From IMG/VR virus record IMGVR_UViG_3300049793_000366, positions 443,911 to 507,910 of that record: a stretch of DNA of 64,000 bases; one strand, 5' to 3'. This document shows positions 46,230-55,788 of the stretch, piece by piece (the stretch's first letter is position 1; each line of letters begins with the position of its first letter). The position numbers and the translations under genes are program-made. The notes beneath the pieces were generated by a model. It searched no databases. It had not been told where the DNA came from and worked only from the letters and a program-made list of their open reading frames with translations.

Positions 46230-46777
46230 TGTTCAGATTCAGAAAGAGTAACAATTACATCACATTAAAGGATGTTGGGTATAAAGCCTTCTTTCACTTA
46301 CAAGATCCTGCTACCAATGAAGAACTTAGTAGGACTATGGGTATTGCTATGTGTAACGAGTATTATATCAATGCTCCGAACCATGTGGAAATATTTGAAA
46401 AGACTATGCTTAGTGGAAGAATCGTCAAAAAATACACAAGCAACGATTCATATTGTAGAGTGAGAACCAGATGGAGATACGGCACCACAAATAGAAAGGG
46501 AGAGTATGACGGTGATTCTTGGACAGAGAAAGTTGAAGAGTTTATGATGCAACCCACTCACAGAAGATGTCCTATATGTGAAGCAATATATAAACAGGTT
46601 CCTTTCACAACGATTATAAACAACAGAAATATGGAATTACAAGAAGTATATACAAAGCTGAATAACTTATTGGATTTACAGGAACACAGGGACTTAACCA
46701 CTAAGGAAGAAGCTGAACTGAAAAATCTTAAGAAACTACGTAATGAATTGGACCCTGAGTGGGCTAAACGATTATAA
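46229..46777 (+). CDS. Hypothetical protein (CxxC, coiled-coil end)
   Basis: 182 aa. Confidence 0.7.
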   Translation: MFRFRKSNNYITLKDVGYKAFFHLQDPATNEELSRTMGIAMCNEYYINAPNHVEIFEKTMLSGRIVKKYTSNDSYCRVRTRWRYGTTNRKGEYDGDSWTEKVEEFMMQPTHRRCPICEAIYKQVPFTTIINNRNMELQEVYTKLNNLLDLQEHRDLTTKEEAELKNLKKLRNELDPEWAKRL

Positions 46778-46794
46778 TAGTTAATATATACTCT

Positions 46795-47250
46795 ATGAGG
46801 TATATAAAAACGTTCGAGGGTTTAAGGGCTGACTTAATTGCTATTGATGCTAAATTCGCTGATAGGAAGAAGGAGTTAGAATTAGAACTTCATAATATAG
46901 ATAAAGAAACCCACGCGCTTAAAGCCAAAGCCATTCTCTCTAATAAGGAGAAGGTATCTGAGTTCGCGTTTGAAATACTTGACGAATACGATACTACTGT
47001 TGTCTATAAGAATAAATTAGATATTCAAAGCAGACACTTCAATATAAACATTGAGATAACTCCGGATATAGACTTCGACAAACTTAAATCAATCGTATCA
47101 AGATTTGAAAAGAAATGCTTATCTGAACAATTCGCAATGAGATTCAATATCAGATACGAAGATGGTAGAAGCACACACGCTGATACCTTTAGCGATGCAC
47201 TACCTAAGCTGGTGGATAAAACAGCGAGACTATCTATATTAGCCAGATAA
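46795..47250 (+). CDS. N-tag protein, DDY/KKL family
   Basis: MRYIKTFEG; TAATATATA at 46782-46790. Confidence 0.8.
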   Translation: MRYIKTFEGLRADLIAIDAKFADRKKELELELHNIDKETHALKAKAILSNKEKVSEFAFEILDEYDTTVVYKNKLDIQSRHFNINIEITPDIDFDKLKSIVSRFEKKCLSEQFAMRFNIRYEDGRSTHADTFSDALPKLVDKTARLSILAR

Positions 47251-47771
47251 TGAAGAATCTAAAACTATTCGAAGATTTTAACGAGTCACATAGATATAAC
47301 ACGAGGGATTTTACATTCAGTGGAGTTCCAACGGATAGCGAATTGATAGATACGTTCATGTCTATGATAGACGATGATATTATTGTCAGACTCAAGCGTG
47401 ATTTGGATTTTGCTGTGGCTCTTAAAGGACCATCACGCACAATCAGACCAGTTAAAGAGAGTTGGGAATATACAATCAATACTGATGGTGTTTTGAATAT
47501 TACTTCTCATAATCATACCGATATTGATGAGGAATCAAAGTTGGTTGGGTTCGTTGATAAGTTTCAGATATACTGTGAATCACCTCAAGAGATAGATATT
47601 TTACTAGGAAAAGAAGTAGATGATATAGCACTCGATGATTCAATCGTAAATAATGCTATGCGTAAGTTGAAGTCTTTAGAATGTGTTACTAGTGTTACGC
47701 ATAAGAAGGTAACTGAATACTACTCAGTATTAATTGTACAATATAACAATCCAACGTTTATAATAATTTAA
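47250..47771 (+). CDS. N-tag hypothetical protein
   Basis: MKNLKLFEDFNE. Confidence 0.75.
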   Translation: MKNLKLFEDFNESHRYNTRDFTFSGVPTDSELIDTFMSMIDDDIIVRLKRDLDFAVALKGPSRTIRPVKESWEYTINTDGVLNITSHNHTDIDEESKLVGFVDKFQIYCESPQEIDILLGKEVDDIALDDSIVNNAMRKLKSLECVTSVTHKKVTEYYSVLIVQYNNPTFIII

Positions 47772-47802
47772 TATTTTCAGTGTATATATGTACAGGCCGT
47801 TT

Positions 47803-48078
47803 TCATCTAAATAGTCTGTTTATTTTGACTTCTCGGATTTTTTGCAACTCAAAATTTTTTGCAGCGAACGTCTGAATCATTTGTCTACACTGATGAATGA
47901 ACTTACGCTTGAGAGCATTACCCTTCTTACTACTAATCAGAAAACAATTATCAGACCATACATACTTCTCACCGTATGTGATGTAGTAACCAGCTTCATG
48001 TCTGCTGATTCTAATATACCGGATATGTAAATCACGAAGACCGCACCTACGTCCTATCTTAATGAGTTCTTGTTTCAT
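47803..48078 (-). CDS. C-tag hypothetical protein
   Basis: IREVKINRLF. Confidence 0.7.
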   Translation of the reverse strand: MKQELIKIGRRCGLRDLHIRYIRISRHEAGYYITYGEKYVWSDNCFLISSKKGNALKRKFIHQCRQMIQTFAAKNFELQKIREVKINRLFR

Positions 48079-48473
48079 GGTATATGAATCATCATGTTTA
48101 ATACTACGTGTTTATTAACGAAATAATGTAGATTAATATCGGTTATTGGTATAGGCTTTGGATATATCACTCTACCTTTTGTAACTATACTAAAGTCTGC
48201 TATACCAACTTCTACTTTTAAGTCAAGCTCAGAAAGTTTTTTGAATATCCTTATTACTTCTGACCTAAGCTGAGTTGTAAATATAATCATATCTTCTTCT
48301 AATATATTATCATTACTGATATTATTAAACAGTATAGGATCTATCAGTCTTATATAGCGGGAACCATAGCTTCTACCATTTTGATTATACTTATCAATAT
48401 TACTAGTGATGAAGAAGTCATATTCTTCTATAATAGTACTGAGCGTGTTAAATATAACAATACTATTGTTCAT
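48075..48473 (-). CDS. Untagged DDY/KKL-family protein
   Basis: Tandem paralogue of 48473 (IRL.DP..EEDMIIFT.QL.SEV). Confidence 0.75.
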   Translation of the reverse strand: MNNSIVIFNTLSTIIEEYDFFITSNIDKYNQNGRSYGSRYIRLIDPILFNNISNDNILEEDMIIFTTQLRSEVIRIFKKLSELDLKVEVGIADFSIVTKGRVIYPKPIPITDINLHYFVNKHVVLNMMIHIP

Positions 48474-48856
48474 TATAATCCAATAACCAATTTAAGTATT
48501 ACTCGCTTATTTAAAAATTCATTAAGGTCTACCTCTTCAAATTGTTTTGGTTCTTTAAGCCATGCCATATACATACGAATCATATAGTCGTCTAAGATTC
48601 TAATTTTAACTGGTACTTCAAATTCTAAAAGCTTCTTATAAATCTTTACTACCTCTGACTTCAGTTGTGGTGTAAAGATAATCATATCCTCTTCTCTTAT
48701 AGTATCTTCGAATATTACAGTGGAAGCCGGATCTACCAGGCGTATTTCTTTGATTATTTCACCAGCATTCATAATCTGGTGACCACTCACACTGAAATCA
48801 TACTCTTCTATGAGAGTGCTTATCGCATCTGTTATGGTTTTACCTTTCTCAGTCAT
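48473..48856 (-). CDS. Untagged DDY/KKL-family protein
   Basis: ISTLIEEYDF...KIYKKL; 4 nt after promoter. Confidence 0.75.
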   Translation of the reverse strand: MTEKGKTITDAISTLIEEYDFSVSGHQIMNAGEIIKEIRLVDPASTVIFEDTIREEDMIIFTPQLKSEVVKIYKKLLEFEVPVKIRILDDYMIRMYMAWLKEPKQFEEVDLNEFLNKRVILKLVIGL

Positions 48857-48860
48857 GTTA

Positions 48861-48892
48861 TAAATATACGGATAATATTCCGGATTACCAAA
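48861..48892 (-). promoter_or_regulatory. Early promoter with dyad
   Basis: TTTGGTAATCCGGAATATTATCCGTATATTTA on -. Confidence 0.8.
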
Positions 48893-49186
48893 TCAGAGTA
48901 ATTGGGTTAATTTCCTATCACGAGTGAATTGCTCAAAGCTCAATGGTTCTACTTGGTCGTCATATACAACCATTTTAAGTATGCGCTCGTGTATTTGGTG
49001 TATTTTGATATTATTGTATTCATCATCTAATTTACCTTTGATATCAGATAATACAAATTCTGGTGGTACATCCGAATGTAGTTCAGCGATGTGAGTAGCG
49101 ATGTATAGCATATTCTCTGAGTTATACCCAGTGAATCCATATAAATAATACTTATATCTTTCTAGTGATTCTAATGTGAGACTCAT
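48893..49186 (-). CDS. Helical family protein with C-tag
   Basis: LESL..Y..YL; FEQFTRDRKLTQLL. Confidence 0.75.
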   Translation of the reverse strand: MSLTLESLERYKYYLYGFTGYNSENMLYIATHIAELHSDVPPEFVLSDIKGKLDDEYNNIKIHQIHERILKMVVYDDQVEPLSFEQFTRDRKLTQLL

Positions 49187-49446
49187 AGCAATTTGTTTAG
49201 CTTATGGTCGCGGATAAATTGTTCATATGGTAATAGTTCCTTCTCAGTAATGATTGACTCCATTTCATTCTCAAGACTAATGAAAATATCATGCAGTAAA
49301 AAGCTTTCTATGGTTCTGTGTTTGGCTGTTTCAATATACTTATCTATACGTATTCTCATATAATCCAATGTCTCAGGCTTATTGAACTTATATAAGTATT
49401 CCTGATAGGCTTGTAACGATTCTAAATATGTTATCTGTGATGTCAT
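49183..49446 (-). CDS. Helical family protein with C-tag
   Basis: YLESLQAYQEYL; IRDHKLNKLL. Confidence 0.75.
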   Translation of the reverse strand: MTSQITYLESLQAYQEYLYKFNKPETLDYMRIRIDKYIETAKHRTIESFLLHDIFISLENEMESIITEKELLPYEQFIRDHKLNKLL

Positions 49447-49709
49447 AGTATCTGGTCTAATTTATTATCACGCATGAACTCTATATAGGATAATACTTTA
49501 CCCTTTGATATGTGTATGGTATCTACTTCATATTTTAGCTTAGATATAACATCCAACATAACTATATTTGATATAGGTTGTGTCTTGATGATGTTCATTA
49601 AGTTATTTATCTGAACACCAAGTATCATCATAGAATCAGAGTTGCTTATATCAAATAAATATTCTTGATAGGCTTTTAATGATTTCAAATATGTTAACTG
49701 GTCTTCCAC
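49443..49709 (-). CDS. Helical family protein with C-tag
   Basis: YLKSLKAYQEYL; MRDNKLDQIL. Confidence 0.75.
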   Translation of the reverse strand: MEDQLTYLKSLKAYQEYLFDISNSDSMMILGVQINNLMNIIKTQPISNIVMLDVISKLKYEVDTIHISKGKVLSYIEFMRDNKLDQIL

Positions 49710-50131
49710 TACTTGTATTCAGGTTCTATTGTAGAAATTTCATCAAGTTCTTTTTTGTTTTCAACCAACCAAATATTATAAGCTTCCATAAAGTCTTTAT
49801 CCTTTAAAGCTTCTTCGAGTGGAAAATCATCACCATTATCATCTACTAATGTTTCGATGTTTAAGAATGCGCGGATGAAGTTAAGGTTGTCAATACCTTC
49901 ATCACTTTCCTCTAAGCAATATCCTTTGGTTAAACAAATCCACTCTTCATTATGAATGAACATATTATCACCATCGATAACTTTAAGTTTACCTTCTGAA
50001 ATCAATTCATCGAGTAAGGCACCTAAACCATGTGGTCTAAGTATGTGGCCCGGTAAGCCTTGTCCTGTTTCTTTATACACATCTACTGCCGCTTTATAAA
50101 GCTCTTGTTTTGTCATTTCTACTTGTTCCAT
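49709..50131 (-). CDS. Hypothetical protein
   Basis: 140 aa. Confidence 0.7.
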   Translation of the reverse strand: MEQVEMTKQELYKAAVDVYKETGQGLPGHILRPHGLGALLDELISEGKLKVIDGDNMFIHNEEWICLTKGYCLEESDEGIDNLNFIRAFLNIETLVDDNGDDFPLEEALKDKDFMEAYNIWLVENKKELDEISTIEPEYK

Positions 50132-50839
50132 TTACCAAATTTTAGGATTAATTTCTTTTTGTTGTTTAAATATATCTTGACCAACAGCTACCCATTGGTT
50201 CCAATTCATTCTAAGTTCTTCTGGGTGATAACCAGTCGCGCTACCGTTATGTCGTGACACATACGACATGATACACTCAGCATGAATAGAGTGATGATTA
50301 TATTCGTTCTCACCGCAACCACAGGCAGTGCCTCTACCGTTATTATATTCCCATACGAGTGGAATTAAACCACAGATTTTACATGGCGCCCATGCGCTTG
50401 GATTTGTCACTCGTTTGTATGCTGAGATAGCTTTATAATTCCTACGATGTTCAAGCCATACTTTCATAGACTTAAGCATACCAGCTTTCATTTTAACATT
50501 ACGCTTGGTGATGAAGTTATCAATCTCATACTTATCTGGTATAAGATTGATGAATGTATCGGCATCCATTTCTTGTATCGCCATCACATTAGAAGCAGTG
50601 ATTGTAACAGAATCACCAGCAGCTTTTCTATCCTTGAAGAACCGCGCATATTTCAAATCAGTAATACTGTATAGTGTGTCTTTTTTATCAGGGCTACCAC
50701 TATCACAGCCCATGAAGAATCGTTTTTCATCTTCATCAAATAAAGCAGATAATTTATTATCGCGCTGACGTTGTTTATCAGTAATCTCTATGTAATAGAA
50801 TATGTCTCTCTTGGTAGAGTAGTATAATTTATTATCCAT
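50132..50839 (-). CDS. Hypothetical protein with N-proximal C-tag motif and Cys/His-rich C-domain
   Basis: QRDNKLSALF; PCKICG..TACGCG..HHSIHAE. Confidence 0.75.
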   Translation of the reverse strand: MDNKLYYSTKRDIFYYIEITDKQRQRDNKLSALFDEDEKRFFMGCDSGSPDKKDTLYSITDLKYARFFKDRKAAGDSVTITASNVMAIQEMDADTFINLIPDKYEIDNFITKRNVKMKAGMLKSMKVWLEHRRNYKAISAYKRVTNPSAWAPCKICGLIPLVWEYNNGRGTACGCGENEYNHHSIHAECIMSYVSRHNGSATGYHPEELRMNWNQWVAVGQDIFKQQKEINPKIW

Positions 50840-51137
50840 TTATTAATTGTTTGAGCTTTCTATCTCTATTCTCTGGTATATTTATCTTGAAGTTATCTAA
50901 GTTAAAATATGGTTCGCGTTGACCATATACCTCCGTGTGTATTGGTTCATTATGAATCTCATTTAGTACTATACCATACACAACTGTATTGTCAACTTTT
51001 TCTGATATAATATCTCGTATGGTATAAGTTTGTTCATTAACTGGGTACATAACACCTTTCATATCACCAGCCCCTTCAAAGTTTTTATTTGTAGGTCTTA
51101 AATAAGTGACGCTATCTCCTATTTTTATATTAGCCAT
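50832..51137 (-). CDS. C-tag protein (SH3-like start)
   Basis: IKIGDSV; NRDRKLKQLI. Confidence 0.7.
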   Translation of the reverse strand: MANIKIGDSVTYLRPTNKNFEGAGDMKGVMYPVNEQTYTIRDIISEKVDNTVVYGIVLNEIHNEPIHTEVYGQREPYFNLDNFKINIPENRDRKLKQLING

Positions 51138-51510
51138 TGATTATATTTTCTGCGACTGTTCTGAATAAATCTTCTGCGATTAAATCGTCAATAACAATCT
51201 CTCTACACTCCTGTTTGAATACTTCTCTGAATCTTTCATTAAGATGATTTCTTCTCCACTCATTATCTGGTGCGAGTTGGAATACACAATCTACATTCTC
51301 ACCAGTTACATTATGATGTGTGTATAAACGATAATCGGCAGTGTCGTAATTGATTTCACTATTGGTATCACCATGACTAAATACAACAAGTGTGTAGTGT
51401 TTATCAACGAAGTAATCTGGGTAGTATTTATACTCTATTGCCCAGCCAGCACCAGGGTGTGTGATACCAATTTGCACGAATCCTATATTAGTAAACTTCT
51501 CTATGAACAT
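51130..51510 (-). CDS. Hypothetical protein, C-tag variant
   Basis: CREIVIDDLI. Confidence 0.7.
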   Translation of the reverse strand: MFIEKFTNIGFVQIGITHPGAGWAIEYKYYPDYFVDKHYTLVVFSHGDTNSEINYDTADYRLYTHHNVTGENVDCVFQLAPDNEWRRNHLNERFREVFKQECREIVIDDLIAEDLFRTVAENIING

Positions 51511-51737
51511 AATTTACTCAACTTATAATCTCTGATGAATTCTAATGATAGGTGTATCGTAACTTCAGCGTGTGATGTTAAACCATATCTATCACCTGGT
51601 CTCAATCTATATTCAACGTGTTGTTTATCGTGTTCTGCTTTTAATTCATCTGGGTTGTAACATTCATATCTACAACCTACGTTACTGATGCAGTCGATGA
51701 ACCACTTATCGTCCTTTTTATCTAATCTACCTATCAT
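51501..51737 (-). CDS. C-tag hypothetical protein
   Basis: IRDYKLSKL. Confidence 0.7.
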   Translation of the reverse strand: MIGRLDKKDDKWFIDCISNVGCRYECYNPDELKAEHDKQHVEYRLRPGDRYGLTSHAEVTIHLSLEFIRDYKLSKLCS

Positions 51738-51741
51738 GTCC

Positions 51742-51773
51742 TAAATGTACGGATAATATCCCGTATTACCAAA
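51742..51773 (-). promoter_or_regulatory. Early promoter with dyad
   Basis: TTTGGTAATACGGGATATTATCCGTACATTTA on -. Confidence 0.8.
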
Positions 51774-51779
51774 TTTATG

Positions 51780-52052
51780 CTAAAATTGCCAATAAACTAT
51801 CTCTTTTACGTCTTTAAACCTCTCTTTTAGCGCAATAACATACTTATTATCCAATATACAGATGTCTTTCTTATAATCGAAGTGCTTTTCACATAATGTA
51901 ATATTTTCAAAGGAATTTGTATAATCGAAGCCATCCATATGATTTGAATATACTTCAACCAGACCGTCCTTATTTACCAAAGCAATAGAGTGACAATGGT
52001 CAGTATCTTTTATAATACCTGGTATATTATTTATAACATCTGCTACGGTCAT
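51780..52052 (-). CDS. Hypothetical protein
   Basis: MTVADVI. Confidence 0.65.
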   Translation of the reverse strand: MTVADVINNIPGIIKDTDHCHSIALVNKDGLVEVYSNHMDGFDYTNSFENITLCEKHFDYKKDICILDNKYVIALKERFKDVKEIVYWQF

Positions 52053-52056
52053 GTTT

Positions 52057-52425
52057 CTATACGGGATTAACTTCTTTATAACCAAACATATTTCTCTCAA
52101 TCATTTTGCGCTCTGTGTAGAAGAACAATCGGAATGGTCGTGGTGGTTCTAAGTAACGCTCTACACCATCTATCATTGTTTTTATTTGATACTCACATAG
52201 ACGGTGCTTATTACCATCAGTGTCAGTATGTGTCTTATCTTTTCGTTCAACTGTAAATTCGGTACCAAGTGGTATCAACACCGTTTTATTAGTGTTAGTT
52301 GTCCGGAATCTACTAAAGCATACTTCATTATTCAACTGTCTCAGCTTACTATCACGAACGAAGCTTTTATCTGTAAACTCACTATAATCATATATAGTAT
52401 GGTTTATGGATTTAAATATAGTCAT
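52057..52425 (-). CDS. Hypothetical protein with internal C-tag
   Basis: VRDSKLRQL. Confidence 0.7.
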   Translation of the reverse strand: MTIFKSINHTIYDYSEFTDKSFVRDSKLRQLNNEVCFSRFRTTNTNKTVLIPLGTEFTVERKDKTHTDTDGNKHRLCEYQIKTMIDGVERYLEPPRPFRLFFYTERKMIERNMFGYKEVNPV

Positions 52426-52712
52426 TACTCAAATAGTTTATTTATTTTTGAATCGAGTATTATTTGTTTTATTATATCAGGTAGAAATCCAATACTCGTG
52501 TTACCTATGAATGGATTAGCTGTGCGATATATTTCAACACCCTTGTGTAATTCTTCCGCTTCTTCAATAGTCTCAACATCAGTTATGCTATTTTCAGTGA
52601 TAGTGTAGGTTTTATTATGCCCTTTGAAATTAACCGTTCGTATATTTATAGCATAGCTGGTATAATCAACAACATCACCACTTTGTATATTCACACTTGT
52701 TACAATTATCAT
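52425..52712 (-). CDS. Hypothetical protein, C-tag variant
   Basis: LDSKINKLF. Confidence 0.7.
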   Translation of the reverse strand: MIIVTSVNIQSGDVVDYTSYAINIRTVNFKGHNKTYTITENSITDVETIEEAEELHKGVEIYRTANPFIGNTSIGFLPDIIKQIILDSKINKLFE

Positions 52713-52855
52713 TTATTCATTAACTTCTTATACAATCTGTTTAAATCTGTTTTGGTTCCGACTAACTTAGCTAACTTAAGTTTCTTCTTTTGCTTCTTAC
52801 CGAGTCCAATGCCCATATCAATGAATTTGATATGTCTTTCTATTTGTTTATTCAT
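52709..52855 (-). CDS. Small basic protein (48 aa, not in ORF track)
   Basis: MNKQIERHIKFIDMGIGLGKKQKKK...; ATGA overlaps on both sides. Confidence 0.55.
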   Translation of the reverse strand: MNKQIERHIKFIDMGIGLGKKQKKKLKLAKLVGTKTDLNRLYKKLMNK

Positions 52856-53145
52856 TTTGTTAGTTCATCAAGCTTAAGTGTTCGTATTTCTTCTTTTAAT
52901 ACTGTTTGTAGAAATCTGATATGTTGATTGTCTCTCTTTATAATGTAGGCTTCGAGTGCGTCATATAAACTCTGTGCTTCTTCGGATGATTCAACTGGTG
53001 TCCACAACTTATTATCATTTGCCTTTGCATTTGTATAGCGTATGACATAAGTTCTGTTGTCAGTTTTTATATTCCAAAATAGTGTATTACCACTTGGATC
53101 TTTGGGGTTCCCGCCAGTTTTAGCCATGACGCTCCCTACTACCAT
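52852..53145 (-). CDS. C-tag hypothetical protein
   Basis: IRTLKLDEL. Confidence 0.7.
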   Translation of the reverse strand: MVVGSVMAKTGGNPKDPSGNTLFWNIKTDNRTYVIRYTNAKANDNKLWTPVESSEEAQSLYDALEAYIIKRDNQHIRFLQTVLKEEIRTLKLDELTK

Positions 53146-53459
53146 TAGTAATTGATAGTGAATGGTTCGTATGACATGATTTGATTACCGTTGTTCCAGT
53201 TAGATGTGTCTAACTGAGATTCATCATCAGTCTTTGAATTGAAGACTTGTACACAACCATTGATAATCTTTTTACCCTCTGTTATCTTGTAGGGTAGTCG
53301 GTCTTTTTTTGGTGAGCATAAGTACTCAGTTTTACTTGTTGTGTTCTTAACAAGCACTTCTGTGTCTTTTGGTGTCTTATAGATACTGAATACTTCTTTA
53401 GATGCAATCAGTTCTTGTACTTGTTGTACGCTGAGATATCCGATGTTTGTTACTATCAT
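53145..53459 (-). CDS. Hypothetical protein
   Basis: Coupled ORF. Confidence 0.65.
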   Translation of the reverse strand: MIVTNIGYLSVQQVQELIASKEVFSIYKTPKDTEVLVKNTTSKTEYLCSPKKDRLPYKITEGKKIINGCVQVFNSKTDDESQLDTSNWNNGNQIMSYEPFTINY

Positions 53460-53824
53460 ACTAATTCGTTTAAAAATTTATTACGCTTTGCTTGTTTTAA
53501 TATCTTCTCACACAAGATTATATTCTGTTCGTATTTTCTATTCGTACTATCTGGGTCAAGATGGTTCTTAATCATCTGTGAATAACCGATAAGATAATTT
53601 TTAAATACGACTGTAAAAAAGGATTTTGGTTTCCTTTCTACACCACCGAGATTAGGGTCGAATTTATCTTCTTTCTTCTTTGTGAATTCAATACCATTAT
53701 TCAATAATATTTCTCCTATCTCTTCATGTAAATCAGTGAACTTCTTAAGTTTATTCATATAGACATAACAGTTGCTTCGGTATAAGCTAATCAAATGTTT
53801 TTCAATATTTTCGGTAAAATACAT
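53456..53824 (-). CDS. Hypothetical protein, C-tag variant
   Basis: KRNKFLNELV. Confidence 0.65.
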   Translation of the reverse strand: MYFTENIEKHLISLYRSNCYVYMNKLKKFTDLHEEIGEILLNNGIEFTKKKEDKFDPNLGGVERKPKSFFTVVFKNYLIGYSQMIKNHLDPDSTNRKYEQNIILCEKILKQAKRNKFLNELV

Positions 53825-53844
53825 CGAATAATTGTCCGTGTAAC

Positions 53845-54078
53845 CTAATCCCTTATTAGGTCAGGGTCTACGCGATATTCCGGATCTATTTGTTCTGGCT
53901 TAAACCATTCATTTAGCTTTTCTTTGGCTTCATCTTCTGTATCAAAAGAGTGAGCTTCATTAGAGCTATCTTTAACAAAGTTATTCGCGTAATAGTCACC
54001 TTCATCAAACCATTGTAAACACACAATAGTAATTAGACCATTCTCTCTTTTGTATAATTTATAATATATTGCGCTCAT
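53845..54078 (-). CDS. Hypothetical protein
   Basis: FDTEDEAK. Confidence 0.65.
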   Translation of the reverse strand: MSAIYYKLYKRENGLITIVCLQWFDEGDYYANNFVKDSSNEAHSFDTEDEAKEKLNEWFKPEQIDPEYRVDPDLIRD

Positions 54079-55106
54079 TAGTAAAATCTTCTATTTTTGT
54101 TTTTTAATTGTCTTTCATTGAATACGTGTTCTTCACACTTCTCTATGATGCTACTTGATCCTTCGTGACACTCTTCACTATCATATTTCATTAGCATTTG
54201 TTGAGCTTCGTGTAGTGCGTATTCCAATTCTACGAAGTGTGTACCAATTGTATATGGTATGCGTGATGTCTTAGTCGAGCCGCTTGAATGATGAATGATA
54301 TCCAATGCTTTCTCAGCATATTCACACAACCTGCGTTTAAATTCTTTCTCTGTTTCTTTGAAGAGGTAACCATACATCTTGAATTGCTTCCCACTTTTTA
54401 TATCAGCAACAGTTACTTTAAAGCAATCACTCTTAAGGTAGTAAAGGTCGTATTCTTTAGTAGGCATATCAGTCTCCCAACCAATTAGCTTAACCCGCGA
54501 TTTATTATATACCTCACCTATTTGGCCAGATGATATTTTAACCACCTCAGTGGTATTCTTTAGTGATTCGATTAGTTCTTCTAACTCAGTTTCATCTATA
54601 CCACCAAATATATCCAAGATATAATGTTCATCACAATCTTTTGGTATAGCAGTTCTTGGCTTAGGATAATCGTTATAAACACTTTCGAATTTGAATTTAC
54701 GTAATGTTACATCAGGCTTTACTTTAATTGGTTTAGCAACCTCAGCCTCTTTACAAGCGACATTTATTATCACATAGTCTTCGTTGAAATTAATTTCGGT
54801 ATTATAACCCTCTTCTTCTATTTTTCTACACGCACGTCTGAATTGTTTGAATAGTGTACTAAGAGAGTCAAGCTTATCTATGACATCACCGATTAATATA
54901 CTTTTATATACATCGTCTAAATTAAGTGTTGAGTCTACCAAATGTATGGTTGTAGAGAATACTACACCATTATTCATTATGTATTCTTTATCAATACCTT
55001 CGATGAAGCCATGTTCATCATCCATAATCTCTACCAGAACGGATTCAACTAAACGTTCAAGAGTAGGGTCAGCCTTAGATAATGTAAGTTTCTTTTTCTT
55101 AGCCAT
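54078..55106 (-). CDS. Hypothetical protein (N-terminal KKL..G-like domain)
   Basis: 342 aa; ACRKIEEEG; follows promoter. Confidence 0.8.
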   Translation of the reverse strand: MAKKKKLTLSKADPTLERLVESVLVEIMDDEHGFIEGIDKEYIMNNGVVFSTTIHLVDSTLNLDDVYKSILIGDVIDKLDSLSTLFKQFRRACRKIEEEGYNTEINFNEDYVIINVACKEAEVAKPIKVKPDVTLRKFKFESVYNDYPKPRTAIPKDCDEHYILDIFGGIDETELEELIESLKNTTEVVKISSGQIGEVYNKSRVKLIGWETDMPTKEYDLYYLKSDCFKVTVADIKSGKQFKMYGYLFKETEKEFKRRLCEYAEKALDIIHHSSGSTKTSRIPYTIGTHFVELEYALHEAQQMLMKYDSEECHEGSSSIIEKCEEHVFNERQLKNKNRRFY

Positions 55107-55113
55107 GTGCTTC

Positions 55114-55145
55114 CAAATATACGGATAATATTCCGGATCACCAAA
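55114..55145 (-). promoter_or_regulatory. Early promoter with dyad
   Basis: TTTGGTGATCCGGAATATTATCCGTATATTTG on -. Confidence 0.85.
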
Positions 55146-55147
55146 TT

Positions 55148-55480
55148 TTAATTAACATTTAATACTTTTAGTGAGTATTCTCGCTGGGCTTGAACATCAT
55201 TTGATTGATAACCCTCATATAGACCAATACCAAGATAATATGAAACAGAATCTCTAAGTTCGCTTGTCTGAACACCACATTCAATAAAGGCTAATTCTCG
55301 CCAATCCATTTTGGACATATTCTCATATTGAGTGTGAGAAAGGTGTACATCGAAATAATCAACGTTATTCAGATATATGATGTAGCTTCTCAACATATTA
55401 TACCTCAATGAAGAATCAGACTTATTCCAATATTCTTTAGCTAACTCTCGCGCTAACTCTATCTTTTTCTTAAGCTTCAT
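55148..55480 (-). CDS. C-tag hypothetical protein
   Basis: QREYSLKVL. Confidence 0.7.
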   Translation of the reverse strand: MKLKKKIELARELAKEYWNKSDSSLRYNMLRSYIIYLNNVDYFDVHLSHTQYENMSKMDWRELAFIECGVQTSELRDSVSYYLGIGLYEGYQSNDVQAQREYSLKVLNVN

Positions 55481-55716
55481 ATGCTTAGTTTATTTATCTC
55501 CTTCATTTCAGTATCAGTGAATGTCACGGAGTAACTATTCACATTACCTGTGTGTTCAAGATATTGACCGCTTATAACACACCAACCTTCCAATCCAAAC
55601 TCAGTACGTGCTTTGACATTATCACTTACTCGATACTCAACACCAGGTATCAAAGCCTTCGCAAGCCGATTGGTTTCGTTGAGAATATATTGCTCTTTTA
55701 TAATTAGTGTTTTCAT
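55477..55716 (-). CDS. Hypothetical protein
   Basis: MKTLIIKE; 5 nt after promoter. Confidence 0.7.
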   Translation of the reverse strand: MKTLIIKEQYILNETNRLAKALIPGVEYRVSDNVKARTEFGLEGWCVISGQYLEHTGNVNSYSVTFTDTEMKEINKLSI

Positions 55717-55721
55717 TAGAC

Positions 55722-55753
55722 CAAATTTAAGGATTATATTCCGGATATACAAA
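55722..55753 (-). promoter_or_regulatory. Early promoter
   Basis: TTTGTATATCCGGAATATAATCCTTAAATTTG on -. Confidence 0.75.
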
Positions 55754-55788
55754 TTTGTAAAAATGAATGTAGAAATGCTGAAAGATTT

